Assembly (NCBI GenBank): GCA_033344915.1
Contig: JAWPML010000001.1
Location: forward strand, 3,032,369 to 3,096,368
DNA length: 64,000 nt
DNA from: Acidimicrobiales bacterium
Lineage (GTDB): Bacteria > Actinomycetota > Acidimicrobiia > Acidimicrobiales > Aldehydirespiratoraceae
Direction of reading: 5' to 3'
How positions within the stretch are numbered: the first letter of the stretch is position 1; the number at the start of each line of letters is the position of its first letter. Made by a program: the position numbers and the translations under genes. Shown here in pieces: positions 43,632 to 53,320 of this stretch. A model generated the notes under the pieces. The model was not told where the DNA came from. It ran no database searches and saw only the letters and a program-made list of their open reading frames with translations.

Positions 43632-46600
43632 TCAACCCCGGAAGGTCATACCCCGGTAGCCCGGCGAGAAGCCGGCGGACTCGAGCCGGGCGGCCCACTC
43701 GGTCTCCCGGATGGACACGCCGTCGACCTTGGCGATCTCGAGCTTCTTCAGCCGGCCGTTCTTGACGAGCTCCTGGAGGGCGCCGATCCACGCCGGGCCG
43801 TCGGCCGCGCCGGGGAAGGTGATCAGCGACTTGCCGCCCCGTTCGAGCTCGACGAGCGGACGGCCGTCCTGGAGCACGACGAGCGCCCCGGCGGCCCGCA
43901 CCGGACGACCGGCGGACTCCGGCCAGGCCACCGCAGCCCCGTAGGGCTGGGCGGGATCGGTCGCGGCGAGGACGAGCGGCTCGGTGTCGACGTCGACCTC
44001 GCGCACCGCCCGCAGCCGGTCCACCGCGCCCGGGAGGGCGAACTGGGCGGCGCCGAGCCCCGCCACGAAATAGCCACGGCGCACCTCACCGCGCTCCTCC
44101 AACGCCTTCAACAGTGGATAGACACCGGCGAACCCGCCCTCGTGCCCCTCGCCCAACGCCGCCTCCCGGGTGAGGACGCCATAGCGGTCGAGGAGTTGGT
44201 GCGCCCGGGCGTGGGCCGTCTCGGTGGGGGTCGGCACGGGCGACCGCAGCGGGGCCACGAGCGACCAGCGACCGGCGGCGGCCGGCGGGCCGAGCCGATT
44301 CAGGCCGCCGGGACGGGCCCGGCGGCGCCGCCCGCCCGCAGCCGCCCGCCCGCCCGACTTCGTGGTGGTACCCGCCACCATCGCCCGCAGCGGCGCCAGC
44401 GTGTCGTTGGTGACCTCGCCGGCCCAGACGAGATCCCACAGGGCCGCGAGCACGGTGACCTCGTCGTAGGGCAACTCGGCCGCGGCGACTGCAGCGACGA
44501 GCTCCGGCCAGAAGGACGCGCCGCGCGAACCGAGATGGGACCGCAGGGTGTCGTGGATCGGCTCGGCCGGGGCATCGTCGGCGGGCGGGGCGAGCAGGCC
44601 GACCTGGTCGCGATACAGCAACCGCACCCGACCATCGGTGGCGCCGACCGCGCCGGCACCGACCCACACCACCTCGCCGGTCGTGCACAGCGTGTCGAGA
44701 TCGCTGGGCTGATAGCCGCCGACCCGGGCGGGCAGGACGTCGACCTCGAGAACCGACGCGGCGATCGGCGCGCCCTGGAGCTGCGTGACCACTTCGGCGA
44801 GGCCGTCGACGCCGCGCCGGCGGCTCCCCACGCCCTGCCAGGCCGGGAGGAACCGGGCCAGCGCCTCCGCCTCGACCGGCTCGATCTCGTGGCGCAACAC
44901 CGCGAGCGAGCGCCGGCGCAGCTGCCGGAGCACGTCGTCGTCGCAGTACTCGCGCTCGATCCCGCCCGGCCGGAACTCGCCGCGCACGACCCGCCCGTCC
45001 GCGAGCAGGCGCTCGAGGGCGACGGTGACCCGGTCGACGGTGATGCCGAGCCACCGGGCGATGTCGCGGGCGAGGAAGGGGCCGTGGGTGCGCGCGTAGC
45101 GCGAGCAGAGATCACCGAGGGGGTCGTCCACCGGATCGGTGAACACGGCGGGCAGGCCCACCGGCAGCGCGGCCCCGACGGCGTCACGGAGGCGGGCGGC
45201 GTCGTCGGAGGCGGCGATCCGGTCCGCGCCGCCGCCGGCCGCGTCGCCGATGCGGACCTCGAAGGCCCGCCGCTCCTCGAGCAGCTGGCGCACCCACCCA
45301 CTCACGTCCGCCCCATCCACCGCGCGGGCGTCGAGGTCCGGGAGCGAGAGCGGCCCGAGGCGCCGCAGCAGGTCGTGGAGTTCGTCGCGGTCGCGGGCCT
45401 TACGGCCGTCGACCAGACACTGGAGTTCGAGCTCCACGTCGGCGAGCACCTCGGCCGACAGGAGCTCGCGCAACTCCTCGGCGCCGAGCAGGTCACGGAG
45501 GAGGTCGCGGTCGAGGGCGAGGGCCGCGGCCCGGCGCTCCGCGATGGGGGCATCGCCCTCGTACATGTAGACGGCGATCCACGAGAACAGCAGGGACTGG
45601 GCGAACGGAGACGCCTTCGGCGTGTCGACCGGCACGACCCGGATCCTGCGGCTCCGCAGGTCCCGCATCACCTCGCGCACGGCCGGGAGGTCGAAGACGT
45701 CGTTGACACACTCCCGGGTGGCCTCCAGCAACATCGGAAACGACGGGTACTTGGCGGCGACCGACAGGAGGTCCGCCGCCCGTTGACGCTGCTGCCACAG
45801 CGGGGTGCGCTGGTCCGGCCGGCGACGGGGCAGCAAGAGCGCCCGCGCCGAACACTCGCGGAACCGCGACGCGAACATCGCGGTGTCGGGCAGGCGGCTG
45901 ATGATCAACTCGTCGATCTCGTCCGGGTCGAAGAGCAGCTCGTCGACCGGGAGCTGGTCCATCGCCTCCGGGAGGCGCATCACGATGCCGTCGTCGCTCC
46001 ACATCAGCTCGACGTCGGTGCCCCATTCCTCACCGAGCCGCGCCTGCAGCGCCATGCCCCAGGGCGCGTGGACCTGGGCGCCGAAGGGCGTCAGGATGCA
46101 GACCCGCCAGTCGCCGATCTCGTCGCGGAACCGCTCGACCACGACCGTCTGGTCGTCGGGGATCGCCCCACTCACCTCGAACTGCTCGTCGAGGTACCCC
46201 ATCAGGTTCTGCGCCGAGAGCTCGTCGAGGCCGTGGCGCTCACGCAGACGCGACAGCGGGTCCTTCTCCGTGCGGATCTCGCGGACGAAAGCGCCGATGG
46301 CGCGGCCCAGCTCGAGCGGCCGACCCGGCCCGTCGCCGTGCCAGAACGGCATCTTGCCGGGTTGACCGGGCGCGGGGGTGACGACGACGCGCTCGAAGGT
46401 GATGTCCTCGATGCGCCAGGTGGACGCGCCGAGCAGGAAGGTCTCCCCCACCCGGCTCTCGTAGACCATCTCCTCGTCCAGCTCGCCGACCCGGGTGCCG
46501 TCGGGCAGGAACACGCCGAAGAGTCCGCGGTCCGGGATGGTGCCGGCGTTGGTGACCGCGAGCCGCTGGCTCCCCTTGCGCCCCCGCAGGGTGCCCGTGA

Positions 46601-48197
46601 CGCGGTCGTAGACGATGCGGGGACGCAGCTCCGAGAACTCCTCGGACGGGTAGGTGCCCGACAGCAGGTCGAGCACGTTGCCGAGAACCTCGTCGGAGAG
46701 ATCGGCGAAGTTGGCGCTGCGGCGGACGACCCGGCTGAGCTCGTCGACGTCCCAGTCGTCCATCGCGCACATCGCGACGATCTGCTGGGCGAGGACGTCG
46801 AGCGGATTGCGCGGGTAGCGCGTCTCCTCGATCAGGCCCTGGTGCATCCGGTCGACAACGACCGCCGCCTCGAGCAGGTCCGCCCGGTGTTTCGGGAAGA
46901 TCTTGCCCCGGCTCGGCTCGCCGACCTGGTGGCCGGCCCGACCGATCCGCTGCATGCCGGAGGCGACACTGCCCGGCGACGCGACCTGCACCACGAGGTC
47001 GACGGCGCCCATGTCGATGCCGAGCTCGAGCGACGAGGTGGCGACGAGCCCCTTCAGGTCCCCGCGCTTCAGCTCGTCCTCGATCTGCAGGCGCCGTTCC
47101 CGCGAGAGTGAGCCGTGGTGGGCTTTCACCAGCTCCTCGCCCTCGGCGGCGCCGCGGCCGGTCTGCTCGTCGGCCGCGCCGACGATGACGGGCGGAGCGG
47201 CGAGCGGGGTGCCGTCCTCGCGGTGCCTGGCCTCGATCGCGAGCTCGTTGAGCCGGGTGGCGAGCCGTTCGCTGAGGCGACGGGCGTTGGAGAAGATCAG
47301 GGTCGACCGATGGGTCTCCACCAGCTCGAGCAGGCGGGGGTGCATGGACGGCCAGATGCTGCGCCGCCCCGGCGATGCCGCGGCCGGCCCGTCGATGGGC
47401 GCCTCGACCCGCTCGCCGAGGGCGCCCATGTCCTCGATGGGCACGACGACCTCGATGTCGAGCTCCTTGCGGGCGCCCGCGTCCACCACGGTGACCGGCC
47501 GGGGCGTGAGCGTGCCGTCCGCGGCCACGTCGGCGCCGCCGAGGAAACGGGCGATCTCGTCGAGGGGACGCTGGGTGGCCGAGAGCGCGATGCGTTGGGG
47601 GGACACCGCGGTGCGCTCCTCCAGCCGTTCGAGCGACAGCATGAGGTGGGCGCCGCGCTTGGTGCCCGCCATCGCGTGGATCTCGTCGATGATCACGTGC
47701 TGCACGTTGCCGAGGGTCTCGCGCGCCTGCGACGTGAGCATGAGGTACAGCGATTCGGGCGTCGTGATCAGGATGTCGGGCGGATGGCGGACCAGCTGGC
47801 GCCGCTCCCGGGTGGGCGTGTCGCCCGTGCGGATGCCGACCGTGGGGATGTGGACGTCGGCGCCGAGCCGCTCGGCCGCGAAGCCGATCCCCTGGAGCGG
47901 GGCCCGCAGGTTCTTCTCGACGTCGACCGCGAGGGCCCGCAGCGGCGACAGGTAGACCACCCGGGTGCGGGCCTGTTCGTCCTCCGGGACCGGGTCCACC
48001 GAGAGCCGGTCGAGCGCCCAGAGGAAGGCCGACAGGGTCTTGCCCGTGCCGGTCGGCGCCAGGATCAGCGTGTGGTCGCCGTCGGCGATCGCCGGCCAGC
48101 CCTCGACCTGTGGCGGTGTGGGCGCGCGGAAGGTCGTGGTGAACCACTGGCGGACCGGTTCGGAGAACCGTCCGAGCGCATCCATTGCATCGACCAC
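43632..48197 (-). CDS. lhr: Lhr-type large ATP-dependent DNA helicase (DExH box) with a long C-terminal extension
   Basis: 1521 aa. Walker A LILAPTGTGKTLSAFL, DExH box VIIDEIHAMAG, HHGSLSRERR, and the Lhr-characteristic length. Confidence 0.9.
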   Translation of the reverse strand: MVDAMDALGRFSEPVRQWFTTTFRAPTPPQVEGWPAIADGDHTLILAPTGTGKTLSAFLWALDRLSVDPVPEDEQARTRVVYLSPLRALAVDVEKNLRAPLQGIGFAAERLGADVHIPTVGIRTGDTPTRERRQLVRHPPDILITTPESLYLMLTSQARETLGNVQHVIIDEIHAMAGTKRGAHLMLSLERLEERTAVSPQRIALSATQRPLDEIARFLGGADVAADGTLTPRPVTVVDAGARKELDIEVVVPIEDMGALGERVEAPIDGPAAASPGRRSIWPSMHPRLLELVETHRSTLIFSNARRLSERLATRLNELAIEARHREDGTPLAAPPVIVGAADEQTGRGAAEGEELVKAHHGSLSRERRLQIEDELKRGDLKGLVATSSLELGIDMGAVDLVVQVASPGSVASGMQRIGRAGHQVGEPSRGKIFPKHRADLLEAAVVVDRMHQGLIEETRYPRNPLDVLAQQIVAMCAMDDWDVDELSRVVRRSANFADLSDEVLGNVLDLLSGTYPSEEFSELRPRIVYDRVTGTLRGRKGSQRLAVTNAGTIPDRGLFGVFLPDGTRVGELDEEMVYESRVGETFLLGASTWRIEDITFERVVVTPAPGQPGKMPFWHGDGPGRPLELGRAIGAFVREIRTEKDPLSRLRERHGLDELSAQNLMGYLDEQFEVSGAIPDDQTVVVERFRDEIGDWRVCILTPFGAQVHAPWGMALQARLGEEWGTDVELMWSDDGIVMRLPEAMDQLPVDELLFDPDEIDELIISRLPDTAMFASRFRECSARALLLPRRRPDQRTPLWQQRQRAADLLSVAAKYPSFPMLLEATRECVNDVFDLPAVREVMRDLRSRRIRVVPVDTPKASPFAQSLLFSWIAVYMYEGDAPIAERRAAALALDRDLLRDLLGAEELRELLSAEVLADVELELQCLVDGRKARDRDELHDLLRRLGPLSLPDLDARAVDGADVSGWVRQLLEERRAFEVRIGDAAGGGADRIAASDDAARLRDAVGAALPVGLPAVFTDPVDDPLGDLCSRYARTHGPFLARDIARWLGITVDRVTVALERLLADGRVVRGEFRPGGIEREYCDDDVLRQLRRRSLAVLRHEIEPVEAEALARFLPAWQGVGSRRRGVDGLAEVVTQLQGAPIAASVLEVDVLPARVGGYQPSDLDTLCTTGEVVWVGAGAVGATDGRVRLLYRDQVGLLAPPADDAPAEPIHDTLRSHLGSRGASFWPELVAAVAAAELPYDEVTVLAALWDLVWAGEVTNDTLAPLRAMVAGTTTKSGGRAAAGGRRRRARPGGLNRLGPPAAAGRWSLVAPLRSPVPTPTETAHARAHQLLDRYGVLTREAALGEGHEGGFAGVYPLLKALEERGEVRRGYFVAGLGAAQFALPGAVDRLRAVREVDVDTEPLVLAATDPAQPYGAAVAWPESAGRPVRAAGALVVLQDGRPLVELERGGKSLITFPGAADGPAWIGALQELVKNGRLKKLEIAKVDGVSIRETEWAARLESAGFSPGYRGMTFRG

Positions 48198-48269
48198 ACC
48201 CGCAACCTACCGACCCCCGGTGACACCGTGCCCTCGGCGTTTGCGGAGCGGTGTTTTAGACTGACCCGT

Positions 48270-48941
48270 ATGGCCGAGTACGAGTCACCCGAGTGGCACC
48301 CGGCGTTCGAGGAATACTGCGAGACGATCTTCGAGCTCGCGGAGGACGACTTCGACGTCATCCAGGCCCGCATCGCGGAGCGCCTCGACGTCAGCCGCCC
48401 CGCGGTCTCCGAGATGGTGAAGCGGATGGAGGCTGAGGGCCTCGTCGAAGCCGGACGCCAGATCACGCTGACCGACAAGGGTCGCCACCTCGCCGAGACC
48501 GTCGTGCGTCGTCATCGGCTCGCCGAGCGCTTCCTCACCGACATCCTCGGTCTGTCGTGGGCCGATGCCCATCAGGAAGCGGGCAAGTGGGAGCACGTGA
48601 TCTCCCCCATGGTCGAGGCCGCGATGATGGCCCGGTTGGACGACCCCACCACCTGCCCCCACGGCAACCCGATTCCGGGATCGGGCTACGAAGCCCCCGA
48701 CCTGGTCACCCTCGACACCATCGCGGTGGGTGCCGACTTCACGGTTCGGCGGATCCCCGAGGAGCTCGAATTCACCCACGGGATGCTCGACTTTCTCGAA
48801 CAGTCGTCCATCACCCCCGGCTCCACGGGCCGGATGACGGCGATGTCACCCGATGGCACGGCGACGGTCGAGATCGACGGGTCCGCGGTCGGGGTCGGCG
48901 AGTTCGCCTCCGCCCGCATCCTCGTCACCTCCGCTCAGTAG
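48270..48941 (+). CDS. DtxR/IdeR/MntR-family metal-dependent transcriptional repressor with an SH3-like (FeoA) C-terminal domain
   Basis: Trimmed from ORF 47115..48941, whose 5' part is antisense to lhr. IQARIAERLDVSRPAVSEMVKRMEAEGLV (HTH) and RRHRLAERFLTDILGL...EAGKWEHV align with DtxR as I remember it. Confidence 0.85.
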   Translation: MAEYESPEWHPAFEEYCETIFELAEDDFDVIQARIAERLDVSRPAVSEMVKRMEAEGLVEAGRQITLTDKGRHLAETVVRRHRLAERFLTDILGLSWADAHQEAGKWEHVISPMVEAAMMARLDDPTTCPHGNPIPGSGYEAPDLVTLDTIAVGADFTVRRIPEELEFTHGMLDFLEQSSITPGSTGRMTAMSPDGTATVEIDGSAVGVGEFASARILVTSAQ

Positions 48942-50527
48942 ACATCACTGCGGCGAAGGACGACGGCCCAGGTCAGCACCGCGCTCAGCGCGATCAACAC
49001 GAGGGCGGCCAACGACTCCTGGGCGAGGTTGAGCCGCTCGCCCGCGCTCCAGATCTCCGTGGCCAGCGTCTCGAATCCCGGCGGCGACAGCAGACGCGTC
49101 GCCGGCAGCTCCTTCATCGTCGAGAGCATGACGAGACCGGCACCGGCGAGGAGTCCCGGCGTCATCAACGGCAACTCGACGGTGAGGAACCGGCGCACGC
49201 GGCCGGCGCCGAGCGTGGCGGCGGCATCGCCGAGCCGGTCGGGCACCGCGCCGACCGCGACGTGTGCGGCGCGGGTGGCCTGCGCACCGAAGTGCAGGAC
49301 ATAGGCGACGATCATGAGCGGGAGGGTCTGGTACCAGCTGCCGAGGATCGGCGACTGGAGGACCCAGAACACGAGCGACAACGCGATGACGACGCCCGGG
49401 AGGGCGAAACCGGCGACGACCATGCCGTTGGCGGCACCGCCCACGCGGGAGCGGTAGCGGGCGGTGAGCCAGGCGACCGGGAGGACGACCGCGATGGCGA
49501 CGGCGGCCGTGATCAGGCCCGTCTGGGCCGTGTTCAACGCCGGTGACACCAGGTCGCCGACGTCGGTGCGCAGGCCCGGTGAGGGATTGTCGGCCGACAG
49601 CCCCCGCCACGACCAGAAGCCGAACACCGCCATCGGACCGAGCAGGGCGTTGGCGAGGACCGCGCCCCCCGCGAGCATCGCCGGCCACTTCCAGCGGCCG
49701 AGCGGCACGATCATCGGGTCACGCGTGCGGACGGCCTCGACGCGTTGGCGGCGCCGGTCGAGCGACCGTTCGGCCATCACGACGGTGAGCGCGACCACCC
49801 CGAGCACGAGCGAGAGCCCCATCGAGCGGGCCTGGTCGAAGACCCGGTCCGAGTAGATGTCTCGGGTGAGCGTGCTGTAGCCCATGCGCTCGACCGCGCC
49901 CCAGTCGCTGATCGTGTAGAGGAACACGAGCAGGGCGCCGGCCCAGATCGCGCCGGCGGACTGGGGCAGGACGACGGTGCGGAAGACGGTCCACGGTGAC
50001 CGGCCGAGCAGGCGGGCCGACTCCTCCAGCGAGGGCGACAGCGACGACATCCGCGCCGCCACCGGGAGGTACACGTAGGGATAGGTGAAGAGGGTGAGCA
50101 CGAGCCACGCCCCGCGGAAGCCCCGCATGTCGGGCAGGTCGGTGATGCCGATCGGCGAGAGGATCTCCTCGGCGAGTCCTCCGGTCGCGAACGCGGCGAT
50201 CAGCGCCGACGCGCCGACGAAGCTCGGGATCACGAGCGGGAGTGGGGCGAGGATCCGCCAGACCCGGCGGCCCGGGATGTCGGTGCGAAACGTCAACCAG
50301 GCGAGCCCGGTCCCGACGACCGCGGCACTGAAGGCCACGGTGGTGCCGAGCCACAGCGACCGGCGGAGAGGATCCCACGTGTCGCGGGACCAGATGATCG
50401 AGCCGAAGTCGGTGCCCAGATCGACGTTGCGGGAGACGACGTACGCGAAGGGACCCAGAAAGACGAGGCCGGTCGCCAGACCGACGAGCAGTAAGGCGAC
50501 CGGCGGCCGCCTACTCCTGGATGCCAC
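48935..50527 (-). CDS. Fe(3+)-type ABC importer permease (duplicated FbpB/ThiP-like)
   Basis: 530 aa with two tandem binding-protein-dependent permease modules of about six TM helices each. Confidence 0.8.
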   Translation of the reverse strand: MASRSRRPPVALLLVGLATGLVFLGPFAYVVSRNVDLGTDFGSIIWSRDTWDPLRRSLWLGTTVAFSAAVVGTGLAWLTFRTDIPGRRVWRILAPLPLVIPSFVGASALIAAFATGGLAEEILSPIGITDLPDMRGFRGAWLVLTLFTYPYVYLPVAARMSSLSPSLEESARLLGRSPWTVFRTVVLPQSAGAIWAGALLVFLYTISDWGAVERMGYSTLTRDIYSDRVFDQARSMGLSLVLGVVALTVVMAERSLDRRRQRVEAVRTRDPMIVPLGRWKWPAMLAGGAVLANALLGPMAVFGFWSWRGLSADNPSPGLRTDVGDLVSPALNTAQTGLITAAVAIAVVLPVAWLTARYRSRVGGAANGMVVAGFALPGVVIALSLVFWVLQSPILGSWYQTLPLMIVAYVLHFGAQATRAAHVAVGAVPDRLGDAAATLGAGRVRRFLTVELPLMTPGLLAGAGLVMLSTMKELPATRLLSPPGFETLATEIWSAGERLNLAQESLAALVLIALSAVLTWAVVLRRSDVY

Positions 50528-51530
50528 TCTCGCGGATCAGCTCGATCGTGCCCTGGAGGCCGTCGCCGAGCGCATCGAGTTCGATCGTGTCCGTCGTGTA
50601 GCCGTCGAGGGCGGGAAGGCCCTCGGGAGCGGCGACGCCCGGAAGCAGCGGGTACTCCTGGGTCTCCGCCGCGAACGTCGCCTGGGCATCCGCGCTGAGG
50701 AGGAACTCGATCAGCTGCTGCGCCTCGTCCTGGTGGTCCGAGGACTCGAGGACGGCGCCGCCGGTGACGATCACGAGCGAGCCGAGGTCGTCCGGCGCGA
50801 GGAAGTGGTTCAGGCTCGGCAGGGACGGATCGGCTTCGAGCGCCCGCAGGTTGTAGTAGTGGTTCACGAGCCCCATGGGGATCTCGCCGCGGCCCACGGC
50901 CTCGACGATCGCGGAGTTCTTCGGATAGTTCGGTGAGCCGTTGGCGGCCATGCCCTCGAGCCAGGCGCGGGTGGCCTCGTCACCGAGCTCGCTGCGCATC
51001 GCGGTCACGAAATCCTGGAACGAACCGTTGCCAGGGGCGACGCCGACCTGGCCGGCGTACTGCTCGTCGACGAGATCGAGCACCGAATCGGGCAGGTCCG
51101 CCGCGTCGACCAGCTCGTCGTTGTAGACGAGCACCCGCACGCGGCCCGTGATGCCGACCCAGGTGCCGTCGCTGGCGGAGAAGCCGGGATCCACGAGATC
51201 CGTCAGCGTGTCGTCGAGCGTGACGAGCCGATCCTCGCCGGCGAGCAGACCGAGCGCCCCGGGGCTCTGGGAGATGAAGACGTCGGCCGGCGAGTTGTCG
51301 CCCTCGGTCTGGATCAGCAGGGCGAGATCGGCGGAGCCTTCGTACTTCGCCTCGACGTCGATTCCCGTCGCCTCGGTGAAGGCCTCGAGCAACGGCTCGA
51401 TGAGCTCCTGGTCGCGACCGGAGTAGACGGTGAGGGTGATGTCGCCGTCACCGCTGCTGTCGTCGCTGCACGCGGTGGCGAGCAGGGCAACGGTGAGGAC
51501 GATGGAAAGGATGCGTGTGAGTTTCTTCAT
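50511..51530 (-). CDS. Fe(3+)-type ABC importer substrate-binding lipoprotein (FbpA/AfuA-like)
   Basis: Trimmed to the ATG at 51530, giving MKKLTRILSIVLTVALLATAC (lipobox). TLTVYSGRDQELIEPLLEAFTEATGIDVEAKYEGSADL...SPADVFISQSPGAL is typical of iron(III) binding proteins. Confidence 0.8.
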   Translation of the reverse strand: MKKLTRILSIVLTVALLATACSDDSSGDGDITLTVYSGRDQELIEPLLEAFTEATGIDVEAKYEGSADLALLIQTEGDNSPADVFISQSPGALGLLAGEDRLVTLDDTLTDLVDPGFSASDGTWVGITGRVRVLVYNDELVDAADLPDSVLDLVDEQYAGQVGVAPGNGSFQDFVTAMRSELGDEATRAWLEGMAANGSPNYPKNSAIVEAVGRGEIPMGLVNHYYNLRALEADPSLPSLNHFLAPDDLGSLVIVTGGAVLESSDHQDEAQQLIEFLLSADAQATFAAETQEYPLLPGVAAPEGLPALDGYTTDTIELDALGDGLQGTIELIRESGIQE

Positions 51531-51571
51531 GGGCGGGACGGTAACGCGTTCTCGTTCGATGTTAGGCATCC

Positions 51572-52660
51572 TTAACGTGTGGCGTTCGTCACATACGATT
51601 CGGCGCTGAACGATACGGCGGGGTCGCCGCGATGCGTGACCGCTACCGTGTCGCCCGGCTGGAACGCCGACGCCCCCGTCATCCGGCTGCGCACGATCGT
51701 GCCGTCGGGGAGGGCGACGGTGCTGAGCGCGTCGTGGCCGTAGTACTCGACCTCCGTCACGACGGCCCCGACCCCCGGCGTGATCACGATCTCCTCGGGC
51801 CGCAGGAGCACCCGGACCGGCCCGGTGGTCGGCTCGACCAGCGGCACGACGCCGAGTGCGGTCGTGGCTCGGTCACCGGTCGCGTCACCGTGGAGCAGTT
51901 CGGCTTCGCCGACGAACTCGGCGAGCCACGGATCGGCCGGGCGGGTGTAGAGCTCGGCCGGTGGTGCCTGCTGGACGACGACGCCGTCGCGCATCACCGC
52001 CACCTCGTCACCGAGGACGAATGCCTCGTCCTGGTCGTGGGTCACGAAGATCGCGGTGATGGCGAGGTCGCGCAGGAGGGTCTGCACCTCGGCGCGCACG
52101 TCGGCACGCAGATGGGTGTCGAGACTCGAGAACGGCTCGTCGAGGAGCAGCACGGTCGGACGCGGTGCCAGCGCCCGGGCCAGCGCGACCCGCTGCTGCT
52201 GACCGCCACTGAGCGAGCCGGGCAGCCGCAGGGCGAGATCGGTCACGCCGACCATCTCGAGCAGAGCCAGCACCCGTTCACGGGCCTTGGGGTTCCGCCG
52301 GAACCGTCGGCTGCGGATCCCCTTCGGGAGTCCGTAGGCGATGTTGGCCGCGACGGTGAGGTGGGGGAACAACGCCCAGTCCTGGAACACGAGTCCGACG
52401 GAGCGCTCCTCGGGCGCGACCTGCCGACCGTCGCCGGCGACCCGGTTCTCGCCGAGCCAGATCTCCCCGTGGTCGATCGGCTGGAGTCCGGCGATCGCGC
52501 GCAGGAGCGTCGTCTTGCCGCAGCCGCTCGGACCGAGGATCGCCAGCTGGGACCCGGCGGTGATGTCGAGCGACACGCCCCGCAGCACGGGCGCGTCCGA
52601 CAACTCGACGCGCACGTCGCGCACCGAGACACCAGGGGCACCCTCCGTGATGTGAGGCAT
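51572..52660 (-). CDS. ABC importer ATP-binding protein (FbpC/PotA-like, with a C-terminal TOBE-like domain)
   Basis: Walker A GPSGCGKTT, signature [15 protein letters not shown], Walker B LLLDEPFSSLD. Confidence 0.9.
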   Translation of the reverse strand: MPHITEGAPGVSVRDVRVELSDAPVLRGVSLDITAGSQLAILGPSGCGKTTLLRAIAGLQPIDHGEIWLGENRVAGDGRQVAPEERSVGLVFQDWALFPHLTVAANIAYGLPKGIRSRRFRRNPKARERVLALLEMVGVTDLALRLPGSLSGGQQQRVALARALAPRPTVLLLDEPFSSLDTHLRADVRAEVQTLLRDLAITAIFVTHDQDEAFVLGDEVAVMRDGVVVQQAPPAELYTRPADPWLAEFVGEAELLHGDATGDRATTALGVVPLVEPTTGPVRVLLRPEEIVITPGVGAVVTEVEYYGHDALSTVALPDGTIVRSRMTGASAFQPGDTVAVTHRGDPAVSFSAESYVTNATR

Positions 52661-52759
52661 GCCTTACACGCTACCGGTCGCGAGGGAGCGGCCAAAACCG
52701 GAACCGAGCCGGTTCTCGGCGTGTAGGGCAGCTACAACGTACGAATCGCAGGAGGTGCT

Positions 52760-53320
52760 CTGGACGACGAGGCCTGGGTCCGCCGGGCCCAGCAGGGTGA
52801 CGATCGGGCTTTCGAGGAGCTCGTCCGTCGGCACCAACGCGCCGCGATTCGCCTCGCCGCGACCATCGCCGGCTCGGCGTCGGCGGTCGACGCGGCCCAG
52901 GAGGGTTTCCTGCGAGCCCACCGGGCGCTCTCCCGGTTCGACCCTTCCCGTCCCTTCCGCCCATGGCTGCTCCGCATCGTCGCCAACGCCGCGAAGAACG
53001 AGGTCCGCTCCTCGGTACGCCATCTCCGGCTCGTCGGCCGCGCTCGGTCCGTCCGGATCGACCTCGCGCCGGACGAGGATCCGGTCGTTCGCGACGAGGC
53101 GCGTACGGCGTTGATCGACGCCCTCAGCCGGCTCTCCATCGACGATCGCACCATCATCGCTCTGCGCTGGTTCGAGGAGATGAGCGAGGCCGACATGGCC
53201 GAGGTGCTCGACGTCCGACCCGGCACCGTCAAGAGCCGGCTGCATCGGGCCATGGCGCGCCTTCGCGCCGAATTGGAAGGCGCCGAATTGGAGGAGAAGG
53301 AGGGGGACGGGCATGACTGA
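52760..53320 (+). CDS. ECF (sigma-70 family group 4) sigma factor; apparent non-canonical CTG start
   Basis: The ORF track only calls 53111..53320 (the region-4 part). My own in-frame translation upstream, back to the stop at 52724-52726, gives ...AGGALDDEAWVRRAQQGDDRAFEELVRRHQRAAIRLAA...FRPWLLRIVANAAKNEVR..., a complete sigma region 2. There is no in-frame ATG, GTG or TTG before 53111. AGGAGGT (52750-52756) precedes the CTG at 52760. Confidence 0.7.
   Translation: MDDEAWVRRAQQGDDRAFEELVRRHQRAAIRLAATIAGSASAVDAAQEGFLRAHRALSRFDPSRPFRPWLLRIVANAAKNEVRSSVRHLRLVGRARSVRIDLAPDEDPVVRDEARTALIDALSRLSIDDRTIIALRWFEEMSEADMAEVLDVRPGTVKSRLHRAMARLRAELEGAELEEKEGDGHD

Noticed and set aside
51531-51571. IdeR/DtxR operator candidates near the iron ABC operon and the repressor gene. 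Also examined: 48198-48269, and 52661-52759 including the small palindrome GAACCGagcCGGTTC at 52701-52715
   Set aside because: The best by-eye matches to TTAGGTTAGCCTAACCTAA reach only about half the positions. There is no convincing 19-bp palindrome. A matrix scan is needed.
53111-53320. Stand-alone 69-aa ORF
   Set aside because: It is the region-4 C-terminus of a full-length ECF sigma factor whose frame is open from 52727. It is reported as part of that gene.
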